From assembly GCA_964626665.1 (NCBI GenBank), contig CAZVGK010000003.1, forward strand, positions 1 through 64,000: 64,000 nucleotides of DNA, written 5' to 3'. The translations under genes and the position numbers were made by a program. This DNA is from an uncultured Gemmatimonadota bacterium. Its GTDB lineage: Bacteria > SM23-81 > DAOVCL01. This document shows positions 29,973 to 39,525 of this stretch, one piece after another (position 1 is the stretch's first letter; every line of letters begins with the position of its first letter). The notes beneath the pieces were generated by a model. The model ran no database searches. It was not told the origin of the DNA and saw only the letters and a list, made by a program, of their open reading frames with translations.

Positions 29973-30365
29973 ATGGAAAAGGAGAACGAATTTGGGGAGA
30001 AAGTCAATAGGATAGTGAAAAAAGATCCCAGATATAAGCCCCAGAGCTATGCATTCGTAATGGGCGCCCTCGATTACACCCTACGCAAGTTGGAGAAACC
30101 AAGGCATATCAGTGGCCGGGAGCTTTTGCAGGGAATCAAGAAATTAGCCAAGGAGGAGTATGGCCCTACCGCCAAGCTGGTTTTTGAGCATTGGGGAGTA
30201 AAAACCACGGAAGATTTCGGCCATATCGTTTTTAACCTAGTGGATGCGGGAATTATGTCCAAAACAGAGGAGGACAAGATCGAGGAATTCAGGGATGTAT
30301 TCAACTTCACGGAGGAGTTTGAGGGGAAATACAAGATGAAAGTGGATAGGGAAAAGCTCAAATGA
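29973..30365 (+). CDS. conserved hypothetical (Minf_1886/TIGR04138-like)
   Basis: DPRY...AYxFV-like, RHISGRELL, YGP.A..V..WGV..TEDFG.IVFNLV. Confidence 0.7.
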   Translation: MEKENEFGEKVNRIVKKDPRYKPQSYAFVMGALDYTLRKLEKPRHISGRELLQGIKKLAKEEYGPTAKLVFEHWGVKTTEDFGHIVFNLVDAGIMSKTEEDKIEEFRDVFNFTEEFEGKYKMKVDREKLK

Positions 30366-31147
30366 ACGAGATCATCAGTATCATTACCGACTTCGGCGAA
30401 AAAGATGGCTGGGTGGGGACGATGAAGGGGGTTATCTTAGGGATTAACCCAAAGGCAAAAATAGTGGATATTTCTCACCAAGTAACACCAGGGGATATAC
30501 TGGAGGCCTCCCTCATCCTTCAGGTCTCTTTCCCTTATTTCCCCCAGGGGACGGTTCACCTCTGCGTGGTAGATCCCGGAGTAGGCTCTAAGAGAAGGGC
30601 GATTGTGGTGGCCACTCCTCGGTATACATTTGTAGGCCCCGACAATGGCCTCTTTACCCCCATCTACCAGAGGGAGGATTTTAAGGCCGTGGAGATAACC
30701 AACCGGGATCTTTTTTACTCCCCCCAGCCAAGTGCAACTTTTCATGGTCGGGATATTTTTGCTCCGGTGGCCGCCCACCTCTCCCGGGGATTAGCCGCAG
30801 GAAAAGTCGGTCCCCAGATAGAGAATTTGATTAGGATCGATCTCCCCTCGCCTCTGGTCGGTCCCAGGGAGATAAGGGGGGAAGTAATTCACATCGACAG
30901 ATTTGGCAACCTGACCACGAATATAACAAAAGAGCTTTTTGAGAAAAATGTCCGAAACAACCCCTTTAAGTTGAGGATCGGGAAAAGGGTCTTAAAAAGC
31001 CTGAGCTCATCCTATACCGATGGCCCCAAAGGCGAGCTACTGGCCATTTGGGGAAGCTGGGGCTATCTGGAACTCTCCGTCAACCAGGGCAGCGCCCAGC
31101 AACTCCTCTCCACCTCCAAAGGAACCAAACTTACAGTTAGGTTTTGA
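30362..31147 (+). CDS. SAM hydroxide adenosyltransferase / halogenase family (DUF62)
   Basis: TDFG..D, VVDPGVGS.R, GPDNG, TFHGRDIFAP, IDRFGN. Confidence 0.9.
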   Translation: MNEIISIITDFGEKDGWVGTMKGVILGINPKAKIVDISHQVTPGDILEASLILQVSFPYFPQGTVHLCVVDPGVGSKRRAIVVATPRYTFVGPDNGLFTPIYQREDFKAVEITNRDLFYSPQPSATFHGRDIFAPVAAHLSRGLAAGKVGPQIENLIRIDLPSPLVGPREIRGEVIHIDRFGNLTTNITKELFEKNVRNNPFKLRIGKRVLKSLSSSYTDGPKGELLAIWGSWGYLELSVNQGSAQQLLSTSKGTKLTVRF

Positions 31148-32038
31148 ATCTGCGACAATCACACTGATTATTCTTACGGTATTGTTATGCTATAATCGTC
31201 ACTGAACTTAGCCGTAAGTGGCGGGGCTTTTTTGACGGGATAACAGGATTTACATGATTTTTGATTTCTACAAGAAAACACCGAACGGCACCGAACCCAC
31301 AGAAAGATCATAATGCACATTCTTCCTTAGGATTTTTATTCAGTGATTTTCGGTGTTTAATGAATGTTGTTTATCCTGATCATCTTGTCAATCCTGTCTG
31401 AAAATGGGAATTTTTAGGTAAGATTAGGCACCTTCTGGCAATTTATTTTCTCTCCCTTAAGGAGGGAGAGAGATTATATGAAGTTAAACGAAAGACTATA
31501 ATTGAATAAGGTAAAACAGGCTTTTTCAGCTACCCTCATTTAATCCTTGACTTTTGAAAAGAATAGGTTTATCCTTCAAAAGTGGAGGTCATCTGTTTTT
31601 TCAGAATGAACCATAGCGCGGCAAACCCGCAACCAAACAATAGCCACGGATTGCACTGATTTCACTGATACAACACGAATAAATAAATTTACCACGGAAT
31701 CTCACGGAATCACACGGGAAAGAGCAATTGAGAATTAAAAATTTAGCTTATGCTGGTAATTCCTGATCCCTGATTCCTGTTTTTCTGTGCTGTTCCGTGG
31801 TTATCCGTGGTGAAATTACCACGGAATCATCAAAGAGGCTCATCATCAATGGTCAATTAACAAGTTAAGATGTAATAAAACCTTAAAATCCTGACCTGTT
31901 ATTCTTCATTGATAATTGATCATTGCTAATTGTCCATTGACAATTTCTTTTTCAGTCCGTGGTGAATTCACCATAATTTTAGGCTTGAGGTCAAGATCCA
32001 ATGGGGACTAAAACTTTTAAATAAAGGGGGATAGGAGA

Positions 32039-33034
32039 ATGGCTCCAGACAAGAAAAAAGTGGTTGTAATTGGGGGAGAGCAATACGCCGTGCCTGCCAT
32101 TAGCAAATCGCTGGTGCTAATTGTTGTTCTGGTTATCGTGGGATTGATCTTAGTCTTTACCTCCTTCTATCAGGTGGGCACTGATGAGGTTGGGGTAATC
32201 AAACGATTTGGTAAGTATGTAAACACAACCCAACCTGGTCTCCATTTCAAAACACCCTTTGGCGTCGATAAGGTAACCAAAGTGCCGGTGCAAAGGGTGC
32301 AAAAGGAGGAGTTTGGATTTAGGACAACCAGGTCAGGGGTGAGAACGGAGTATCAGAGAAGAAAACCCCTCGAGGAGTCATTGATGCTCACCGGGGATTT
32401 GAACTCGGCTGTGGTGGAGTGGATCGTTCAGTATCGGGTCAAGGATCCGGTTAACTACTTGTTCAAAGTCAGGGATGTGAAAACTACCATACGAGATATT
32501 TCTGAGTCGGTTATGCGCCAGGTGGTGGGGGATCGAAGTGTGGATGAGGTCATCATTCTCTCCCGCAGAGAAGTGGCGCTGACAGCAAAACAGCGGCTGC
32601 AAGAGATTCTGGATACTTATAAGACTGGAATTCATCTTGTGACTGTGGAGCTGAAGGATGTTAATCCCCCTGATCCGGTGAAACCCGCTTTCAATGAGGT
32701 CAATGAGGCGAAACAGGAGATGGAGAGGACGGTCAATGAGGCCTGGGAGACTTACAACAAGGCCGTTCCCAAGGCCAGCGGTGAGGCGGAGAGGACTATT
32801 AGACAGGCCGAGGGCTATGCGCTCAACAGGGTCAATCGGGCAAAAGGCGATGCCAACAAGTTTTTGGCTGTTTGGAGGGAATATAGTCGATCCAAGGATG
32901 TGACCAGAAGGAGACTCTATCTGGAGACCCTGAACGAGGTTTTGCCCAAGCTGGGGAGAAAATACATCATCGACTCCGAACAGAAGGGGTTGTTGCCCTT
33001 ACTGTACCTCGATGAGAAGGGGGGGAAGAAATGA
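32039..33034 (+). CDS. hflK: FtsH protease modulator HflK
   Basis: SPFH domain, MLTGD, PPDPVKPAFNEV, VTRRRLYLET. Confidence 0.92.
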   Translation: MAPDKKKVVVIGGEQYAVPAISKSLVLIVVLVIVGLILVFTSFYQVGTDEVGVIKRFGKYVNTTQPGLHFKTPFGVDKVTKVPVQRVQKEEFGFRTTRSGVRTEYQRRKPLEESLMLTGDLNSAVVEWIVQYRVKDPVNYLFKVRDVKTTIRDISESVMRQVVGDRSVDEVIILSRREVALTAKQRLQEILDTYKTGIHLVTVELKDVNPPDPVKPAFNEVNEAKQEMERTVNEAWETYNKAVPKASGEAERTIRQAEGYALNRVNRAKGDANKFLAVWREYSRSKDVTRRRLYLETLNEVLPKLGRKYIIDSEQKGLLPLLYLDEKGGKK

Positions 33035-33981
33035 AAGCAAAATGGATTGCCATAGGTGTTATATTATTTCTGGCCCTTATCATATTGGCCAGTGGTCTCT
33101 ATACAGTAGATATGACCGAGCAGGTGGTGATTACCCGATTCGGGAAACCAGTGGGAGATCCTATCAAAGAGCCTGGTCTGCACTGGAAGAGGCCTTTTGT
33201 GGAAAAGGTAAACTCCTTCGAGAAACGGATCCTGGAATGGGATGGCGATCCCAATCAGGTCCCCACCAAGGACAAGAAATATATCTGGGTGGACACCTAT
33301 GCCCGGTGGAAAATCGCCAGTCCCCTAAAGTTCTTTCAATCCGTACGGAATGAACTGGGGGCCCACGGAAGGTTGGATGACATTATTGATGCCGCCACCA
33401 GAGATTATATCACCTCCTACCCGCTGCTGGAAATAGTTAGAAATTCAAACAGAGAGATGGCCACCGCCGAGGCCGAGATGGAGTTGGCCGAAGAGGTAAA
33501 GATCCCCATCGAATGGGGCAGGGAGAAGATAACCCGCCAGATAATAGAGAGAGCATCACAGATGGTGCCGCAGTACGGGATCGAGTTGATCGATGTGAGG
33601 ATAAAACACATCAACTATGTGGAGGAGGTAAGGAAAAAGGTCTATGAGAGAATGATCTCAGAGAGAACGAGAATAGCCGAGAAGTACCGTTCGGAGGGTC
33701 AAGGGAAAAAGGCAGAAATAGAAGGCCAGATGGAGAAGGAACTGCAGAGAATTACCTCTGAGGCATATAGAAAGGCCCAAGAGATCAAGGGGAAGGCCGA
33801 TGCCGAAGCCACCAAGATCTATGCCCGAGCGTATAACAAAGATCCTGAATTCTATTCATTCCTCAAGACTCTGGATACCTATAAGCGGACCATCGATGAC
33901 CGCACTTGGTTAATCCTCACCACGGACAGCGATTATCTCAAGTATCTGAAAAGCCTGGCGCCCAGAAGGCAAAAGAGGTGA
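33031..33981 (+). CDS. hflC: FtsH protease modulator HflC
   Basis: SPFH domain, TKDKK, RMISER, DPEFYSF; coupled to hflK. Confidence 0.92.
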   Translation: MKAKWIAIGVILFLALIILASGLYTVDMTEQVVITRFGKPVGDPIKEPGLHWKRPFVEKVNSFEKRILEWDGDPNQVPTKDKKYIWVDTYARWKIASPLKFFQSVRNELGAHGRLDDIIDAATRDYITSYPLLEIVRNSNREMATAEAEMELAEEVKIPIEWGREKITRQIIERASQMVPQYGIELIDVRIKHINYVEEVRKKVYERMISERTRIAEKYRSEGQGKKAEIEGQMEKELQRITSEAYRKAQEIKGKADAEATKIYARAYNKDPEFYSFLKTLDTYKRTIDDRTWLILTTDSDYLKYLKSLAPRRQKR

Positions 33982-34447
33982 CTCCAAAATTTTGAACTTA
34001 GCCATAAGCGGCGGAACTTTTCTAACAGGATAACAGAATTTTTATTCATTCATTCTGCCCATTATTGTAAACCGCATTTGGATGGTAACATTCGAATCGG
34101 CTACTAACGGCACATCTGAATTGGGGGAGGGCGTTCAGTTGAACGCCCCTACAACAAACCTTTCAAGAGCTGTCAGCCCCGTTCCAATGGGGTTCCTGGT
34201 GGAAGAGGTAACTCCTGACAGCACACTTTTGATTGACATCAGGAGATGTCTCCCACATCTTATCCACTGTGGATGATAACATTCACACCGAAGCATATGT
34301 AGACCCCAGCTATCTATCCATGGGAAGCTTATTGCTGATATAACAGCAATTATGTAAGATTTTGGTTCTGAGGAAAAATAGTCACCCCTGGCAGCCCAAC
34401 CAATCAAACACTTTCTACTCCAATCCCTTCACCCAAATTGATTTCTC

Positions 34448-34476
34448 TTGACATATCCTTATCTGCTGAGTAATTT
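34448..34476 (+). promoter_or_regulatory. promoter for hutI, near-leaderless
   Basis: TTGACA-17 bp-TAATTT, 9 nt before ATG, no SD. Confidence 0.5.
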
Positions 34477-34485
34477 ACCACCATA

Positions 34486-35766
34486 ATGAAGGAGAAGTTA
34501 GACATACTCATTAAGGATGCCGAGGAGCTTTTAACCCTCAACTCCGGGATGAGTGGCCCGCGCATAGAGCATCAGATGGAGGAACTTGGTCTAATCAGCA
34601 AGGGCACCGTAGGAATTAAGGGGGGAAAAATCATCTCCGTAGGGACTACAGACCAGGTGCTGAAAGAAACTGAAGTCGACGAAAGGACCAAAGTCATAGA
34701 TGCCTCCAGAAAGGTGGTTACCCCAGGACTGGTGGATCCTCATACCCACCTTGTCTTTGCCGGGACAAGGGAGAATGAGTTTGAGGAGAGGATTAAGGGT
34801 AAGACCTATGAGGAGATAGAGACAAGGGGTGGGGGGATTAGGGCCACGGTGGGAAAGGTTCGCCAGTCAACGAAGGAAGAGCTGGTGCAGCTTGCCCTTC
34901 CTCGGTTGAAGAGGATGTTAAATTATGGAACAACAACTGCTGAGGTAAAAAGCGGTTATGGATTAAATTTAAATGATGAGTTGAAGATTTTAGAGGTCAT
35001 TAGAGACCTCAACCAACTACAACCGATAGAACTCGTCCCCACATTCTTAGGGGCTCATCAGGTTCCTGAGGAATATAGAGGGAGAAGGGGCGAATACATA
35101 AGACTACTCACAAAAAAGGTCATTCCTCAGGTAGCAGAGAGGGGATTGGCAGAATTCTGTGATGTCTTCTGTGAGGCAGCAGCCTTCAACAAAGAAGAGT
35201 CTAAGGAGATACTCTCGACCGGCAAGAGGTTCGGTCTGACCCCGAAGATTCATGCCGATGAGCTCTCTCCTTATGGTGGAGCGGAGTTAGCCGCTGAGGT
35301 GGAGGCAATAAGCGCCGATCATTTGGTTTATACCTCCTTACGAGGCACAAAAAGGATGAAGGAGGCTGGGGTGATCGCAGTTCTCCTCCCCGGAACATCC
35401 TTCTTCCTCAATTCGCAGAGATATGCCCCAGCAAGAGAGATGATCCAAGAAGGGGTGCCCATAGCTCTGGCCACAGATTTCAATCCTGGAAGCTGTATGA
35501 CCGAATCAATGCCCCTTATTCTGAATTTGGCCTGTTTGAAGCTTAAGCTCACCGCCGCAGAGGCCATAGTGGCTTCTACCATAAATGGAGCCTATGCCAT
35601 AGGCAGAGGAGAGAAAGTGGGAAGTCTGGAGAAAGGTAAACATGCTGACATTGTCATCTGGGGATTTCCCCATTATCGTATCCTTCCATACCATTTTGGG
35701 GTAAACTTGGCCAAAACGGTGATCAAAGCGGGGAAGGTAGTAGTAGAAAGGGGAGCGAAAGGATGA
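34486..35766 (+). CDS. hutI: imidazolonepropionase
   Basis: PGLVDPHTH, EVKSGYG, TFLGAH, DVFCE, HADE, SADHL, ATDFNPG. Confidence 0.93.
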   Translation: MKEKLDILIKDAEELLTLNSGMSGPRIEHQMEELGLISKGTVGIKGGKIISVGTTDQVLKETEVDERTKVIDASRKVVTPGLVDPHTHLVFAGTRENEFEERIKGKTYEEIETRGGGIRATVGKVRQSTKEELVQLALPRLKRMLNYGTTTAEVKSGYGLNLNDELKILEVIRDLNQLQPIELVPTFLGAHQVPEEYRGRRGEYIRLLTKKVIPQVAERGLAEFCDVFCEAAAFNKEESKEILSTGKRFGLTPKIHADELSPYGGAELAAEVEAISADHLVYTSLRGTKRMKEAGVIAVLLPGTSFFLNSQRYAPAREMIQEGVPIALATDFNPGSCMTESMPLILNLACLKLKLTAAEAIVASTINGAYAIGRGEKVGSLEKGKHADIVIWGFPHYRILPYHFGVNLAKTVIKAGKVVVERGAKG

Positions 35767-36251
35767 AGAGAGTATATCTCCTCCTCCCCATCATAGCCAT
35801 TTTAGCCGGTTGCGGTTGCTATTCCTTCTCCGGTTCCACCCTTCCCTCTCATATCAAGACAGTTGCCGTGCCCCTTTTTACAAATCGCACGACTCAATAT
35901 GGGATAGAGGAAAAATTAACTGAAAGCCTAATCAATGCTCTGGTTAGGGACAATACCCTCAAGGTAGTTCCCGAAGGAAGGGCCGACTCCGTACTCCGGG
36001 GGAGCATAGTGGATTACAAAAAGGAGGCCTATACTTTTGATGAAAACGAAAATGTGAAGGAGTATATAGTGCGCATTTATGTAACTGCCTCCTTTGAGGA
36101 CCTAAGAAAAAAAAGAGAACTCTGGAAGGAGGAGAAGTTAGAGGGATGGGGGTTCTATCTTGCCCAAGGGGAGACTGAAGACGATGCCCAGGAGAGGGCA
36201 ATAGCTAAGCTTTCTGAGGATCTGGTGAACAAGCTAATCGCCGGATGGTAA
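35763..36251 (+). CDS. LptE-like lipoprotein
   Basis: lipobox LAGC, YSFSG..P.HIKTVAVP.F.N. Confidence 0.7.
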   Translation: MKRVYLLLPIIAILAGCGCYSFSGSTLPSHIKTVAVPLFTNRTTQYGIEEKLTESLINALVRDNTLKVVPEGRADSVLRGSIVDYKKEAYTFDENENVKEYIVRIYVTASFEDLRKKRELWKEEKLEGWGFYLAQGETEDDAQERAIAKLSEDLVNKLIAGW

Positions 36252-36466
36252 CCTAAGCTACAAATGTAAAATTAAGAATGAAAGAAACTATTGACCACGG
36301 AGTCTGGGATTCAGCCCGTCTTCCTTTTCTACTATCTGCTACATTAAAACCGTAAACCGTCAGAATTGGGATTCTGACGGCTCAATAGGGAAATAGAAAC
36401 TGAGGTAGCAAAATCCCTGTTCTGCCACCTCAGCTCTAACTAAGCCAATAACCGAAATTTTGTGGT

Positions 36467-36883
36467 TTATAGACTGCGGCCCGATTTGGCAAAAATCATA
36501 TGCAAGGCCAGCAAAAGCAGGGCCACTCCAAATATTTTTCTTAAAAGCTCATCGGAGAGTTTAACGGCCATCTTCGCCCCCAACAGCCCCCCCACAAAAA
36601 AACCCAAACAGACAAAGGCCGCCACGGCCAAGTTTACATAACCCTGTCTATAATAAGTCCAAGCAGCAAGCAATCCAATGGGTGGGATCAAAAGGGCCAG
36701 GGTCGTTCCCTGAGCTTGATGTTGAGTCAAGCCAAAGATATAGATCAATGCCGGCACGATAATCACCCCTCCCCCAATTCCAATTAAGCCACTAATAACC
36801 CCAGCGAAGAGGCCAAGCAGCACATAAAGAGAAATATCAGCCAATTTCGCCCCTTGGTTAAATAAAGTAACCTCCCATTTCAC
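36467..36883 (-). CDS. TauE/SafE (TSUP) half-transporter
   Basis: GLIGIGGGVIIVP, QHQAQGTTL, GAKMA. Confidence 0.8.
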   Translation of the reverse strand: MKWEVTLFNQGAKLADISLYVLLGLFAGVISGLIGIGGGVIIVPALIYIFGLTQHQAQGTTLALLIPPIGLLAAWTYYRQGYVNLAVAAFVCLGFFVGGLLGAKMAVKLSDELLRKIFGVALLLLALHMIFAKSGRSL

Positions 36884-36949
36884 GATTCCATCAGGGAAGC
36901 AGTCTGAAGACTGAACCCCAGGCTTTAAGGGAAATCCCAGCGAACAGGT

Positions 36950-37203
36950 CTAATCCGACCTATTCATAAATTAGCATCAAATTCTAAATAACCAAAGGTT
37001 TTTGTTGGAAGGACTCCGCTTTATCGAAGTCCAAGGGAACGGACAGACATAAATGTCTGTCCCTACAGGACAAATACATAAATCCTTGGCTTCGAGAAAG
37101 TTATGCCAATTCGTTATCAGTCTATGAATAGTTAAGGTTAAAGACCAGTTCCTACAAATAAGTTCTCCGATCCTGCCACAAATTATATGAACAAATCGGT
37201 TAG
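36950..37203. mobile_element. MITE-like element with TAAYCCGAmyTATTCATAAA-type TIRs; relatives ~23269-23450, ~44718-44966, solo ends at ~60-84 and ~20809-20833
   Basis: CTAATCCGACCTATTCATAAATT ... AATTATATGAACAAATCGGTTAG. Confidence 0.6.
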
Positions 37204-37205
37204 CT

Positions 37206-38858
37206 CTATAATCCCAAAAGTTTCTCATACTCCCCTGGGGTCTCCAATATCTCCATCGCCTTCAGCACCTGTTTGTCACCCTTTAACACGAAATCCTCAT
37301 AGACCGCCTCTTCACCCCAGAGTTTGGAAACAATCTCCCTCTTAATACCCATCTTGATGTAATCAAGGCTCTTTTCAAACTCCTTCTCCTCGGCCGCCAA
37401 CACCTTCGCTCTTAATTCTTCTATAATTTTTTCCGTATCAGGGCTATAATCGACTTCCTTCAAGCTCTTCTCTAAATCTTCAAGCTGACCTTCTGCCTTA
37501 CTGGTGTAATGGAAATTTTTCCTTCCCATAAATTCCTTGAACTCGGCTAACATCTGGTCAGTAACTTCAAAACCCTTCTGTAGACCCTTATGCTTGGAGG
37601 TGTAGTCAACTGCAAAATCAAAGAAAAGCCCCTTCCTGCTCAATTCCAACTCCAGCCGATTGAGTTTAGGGAGTTCGCGGACCACATCCGGAGTTATGCC
37701 TCCACCTCCATAGACCGTTCTTCCCCCCTGGGTCTTGAAGACTTCCTTCTGCTCTTCCTGCGTGGTATCCTTCTTCGCCTCTTCCTTCTTTTGGATACAT
37801 CTCCCACTGGGGATGTACCATTTAGCTGTGGTTATCTTCAGGGCTGTGCCCGCAAATGGTGTTCCCATGCCCGGCTTAAGCACAGTCTGCACCGATCCCT
37901 TGCCATAGGTACGGGTTCCCAAGATTAGGCCCCGATCCCAATCCTGCACTGCCCCGGAGATTATCTCTGATGCGCTGGCGCTTCCCCCATTTACCAAGAT
38001 AATCAAGGGTTTATCACCATAGAGAGGAGGAAACCGGGAATAAAATTGTCTGTTCTGCTTACTCAGTCTCCCTTTGGTATAGACAACCATTTTCCCCTTG
38101 GGGAGGAAAAGATCCGATACATCAACAGCCTGACTGAGTAATCCCCCTGGGTTATTCCTAAGATCCAAGATCAGGCCCTTTTGCGTCTTCTTCCCTGTCT
38201 TGATCAATGCTTCCCTAATCTCCTTTCCCGCATCTTCCGAGAAACGGGAGAGCCTTATATAGCCTACCCCATTGGCCACAATTCCCGCATAGGGCACGCT
38301 CTTTATCTTAATTACATCCCTGGTCAAGGCGAATTCCAGGGGTTCGTCGACCCCTTCCCTCTTTACGGTTAAGGAAACCTTGGTTCCCTTGGGCCCCCGC
38401 AGTTTCTTTGCCGCCTCCTGAGTAGTTATCCCCTTGGTGGATTCCCCATCTATCTTTGTCACCATATCCCCGGCCTGAATTCCCGCCTTGTAGGCAGGCC
38501 CTCCCTCAAAGGGAGAGATAACCGTGAGAACCCCTTCCCTCAGCCCAATTACCATTCCCACCCCACTATACTTGCCATGGGTCCCGATCATCAGCTCCTT
38601 ATACTGCTTCTGTTCGAAGAATTGTGTATGGGGATCCAATATCTTCAACATTCCCCTGATACCGGCATAGATCAAATCCTGCGGTTTTACCTCATCTACA
38701 TAGTTGCGGGTAATCTCAACAGCCACCCGATCAAGGAGCTTGATTCCGGCATAGAGGTTGTCCCCGCTGGCATAGAGATAAACCCCTATCCAGCCAATAA
38801 GGAGCAAGCTAATAAGGGCCCCCACTCCCCAGATGGTATATTGGTTCCTATTTTTCAT
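37206..38858 (-). CDS. carboxy-terminal processing protease (S41, PDZ)
   Basis: LDPHT, DLRNNPGGLL, SASASEI, GKGSVQ, GITPD. Confidence 0.92.
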   Translation of the reverse strand: MKNRNQYTIWGVGALISLLLIGWIGVYLYASGDNLYAGIKLLDRVAVEITRNYVDEVKPQDLIYAGIRGMLKILDPHTQFFEQKQYKELMIGTHGKYSGVGMVIGLREGVLTVISPFEGGPAYKAGIQAGDMVTKIDGESTKGITTQEAAKKLRGPKGTKVSLTVKREGVDEPLEFALTRDVIKIKSVPYAGIVANGVGYIRLSRFSEDAGKEIREALIKTGKKTQKGLILDLRNNPGGLLSQAVDVSDLFLPKGKMVVYTKGRLSKQNRQFYSRFPPLYGDKPLIILVNGGSASASEIISGAVQDWDRGLILGTRTYGKGSVQTVLKPGMGTPFAGTALKITTAKWYIPSGRCIQKKEEAKKDTTQEEQKEVFKTQGGRTVYGGGGITPDVVRELPKLNRLELELSRKGLFFDFAVDYTSKHKGLQKGFEVTDQMLAEFKEFMGRKNFHYTSKAEGQLEDLEKSLKEVDYSPDTEKIIEELRAKVLAAEEKEFEKSLDYIKMGIKREIVSKLWGEEAVYEDFVLKGDKQVLKAMEILETPGEYEKLLGL

Positions 38859-39525
38859 TGTTCTTCCCCCTTTCTGATCTGTCCTTCAGGAAGATATTTA
38901 CCGTATCCTTTATCTCCTTCTCTACCTCTTCTATCCCCCTTCTTCCATCTATCAACTTAATCCTTTTCTCCGCCCGGGCCAGGGAGAGATACCCTTCCTT
39001 GACCTTGACAAAAAAATCGAGATCCTGAGACTCCAACCTGTCTGGGGAACGACACCCCGCGAGCCTCTTCAGAACCATCTGGGGATCGATATCCAAGACA
39101 AAGGTCAAATGGGGGGAGAGCCCTTGGGTGGCCAATTGGTTTAACCTTTTTACCACCTCTGGGCCTATCCCCCTCCCATAGCCCTGATAAGCCACCGAAG
39201 AGTCAGAAAACCTCTCGCTTATCACCAAAAGGCCCTTTTCCAAGGCTGGTTTGACCACTTCGGCCACATGTTGAGAACGACTGGCCAGGTAGAGGAAAAG
39301 CTCGGTAAGCCCAGCCATCTCCGGATGGCTACGGTCCAAGATAAGCTCTCTGACCCTCTCCGAGATGGGGGGGCCACCCGGCTCCCTGGTCACCAACAGG
39401 GGGATTCCTCTCTCCTGGAGATAGGAGGAGAGCAAGTGGACCTGGGTTGACTTCCCACAGCCATCAAGGCCCTCAAAGGTGATCAAAAAACCCTTCACAC
39501 CTGAGTTGGCTGCTCCTTCCCCCAT
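38848..39525 (-). CDS. tmk: thymidylate kinase (start probably at GTG of VKGFLITFEG)
   Basis: ITFEGLDGCGKSTQ, TREPGG, SSVAYQGYGRG, DRLE. Confidence 0.92.
   Translation of the reverse strand: MGEGAANSGVKGFLITFEGLDGCGKSTQVHLLSSYLQERGIPLLVTREPGGPPISERVRELILDRSHPEMAGLTELFLYLASRSQHVAEVVKPALEKGLLVISERFSDSSVAYQGYGRGIGPEVVKRLNQLATQGLSPHLTFVLDIDPQMVLKRLAGCRSPDRLESQDLDFFVKVKEGYLSLARAEKRIKLIDGRRGIEEVEKEIKDTVNIFLKDRSERGKNNEK

Noticed and set aside
29594..31830. CRISPR array
   Set aside because: Repeats are dispersed, degenerate and inverted, with no constant repeat-spacer period and no cas genes
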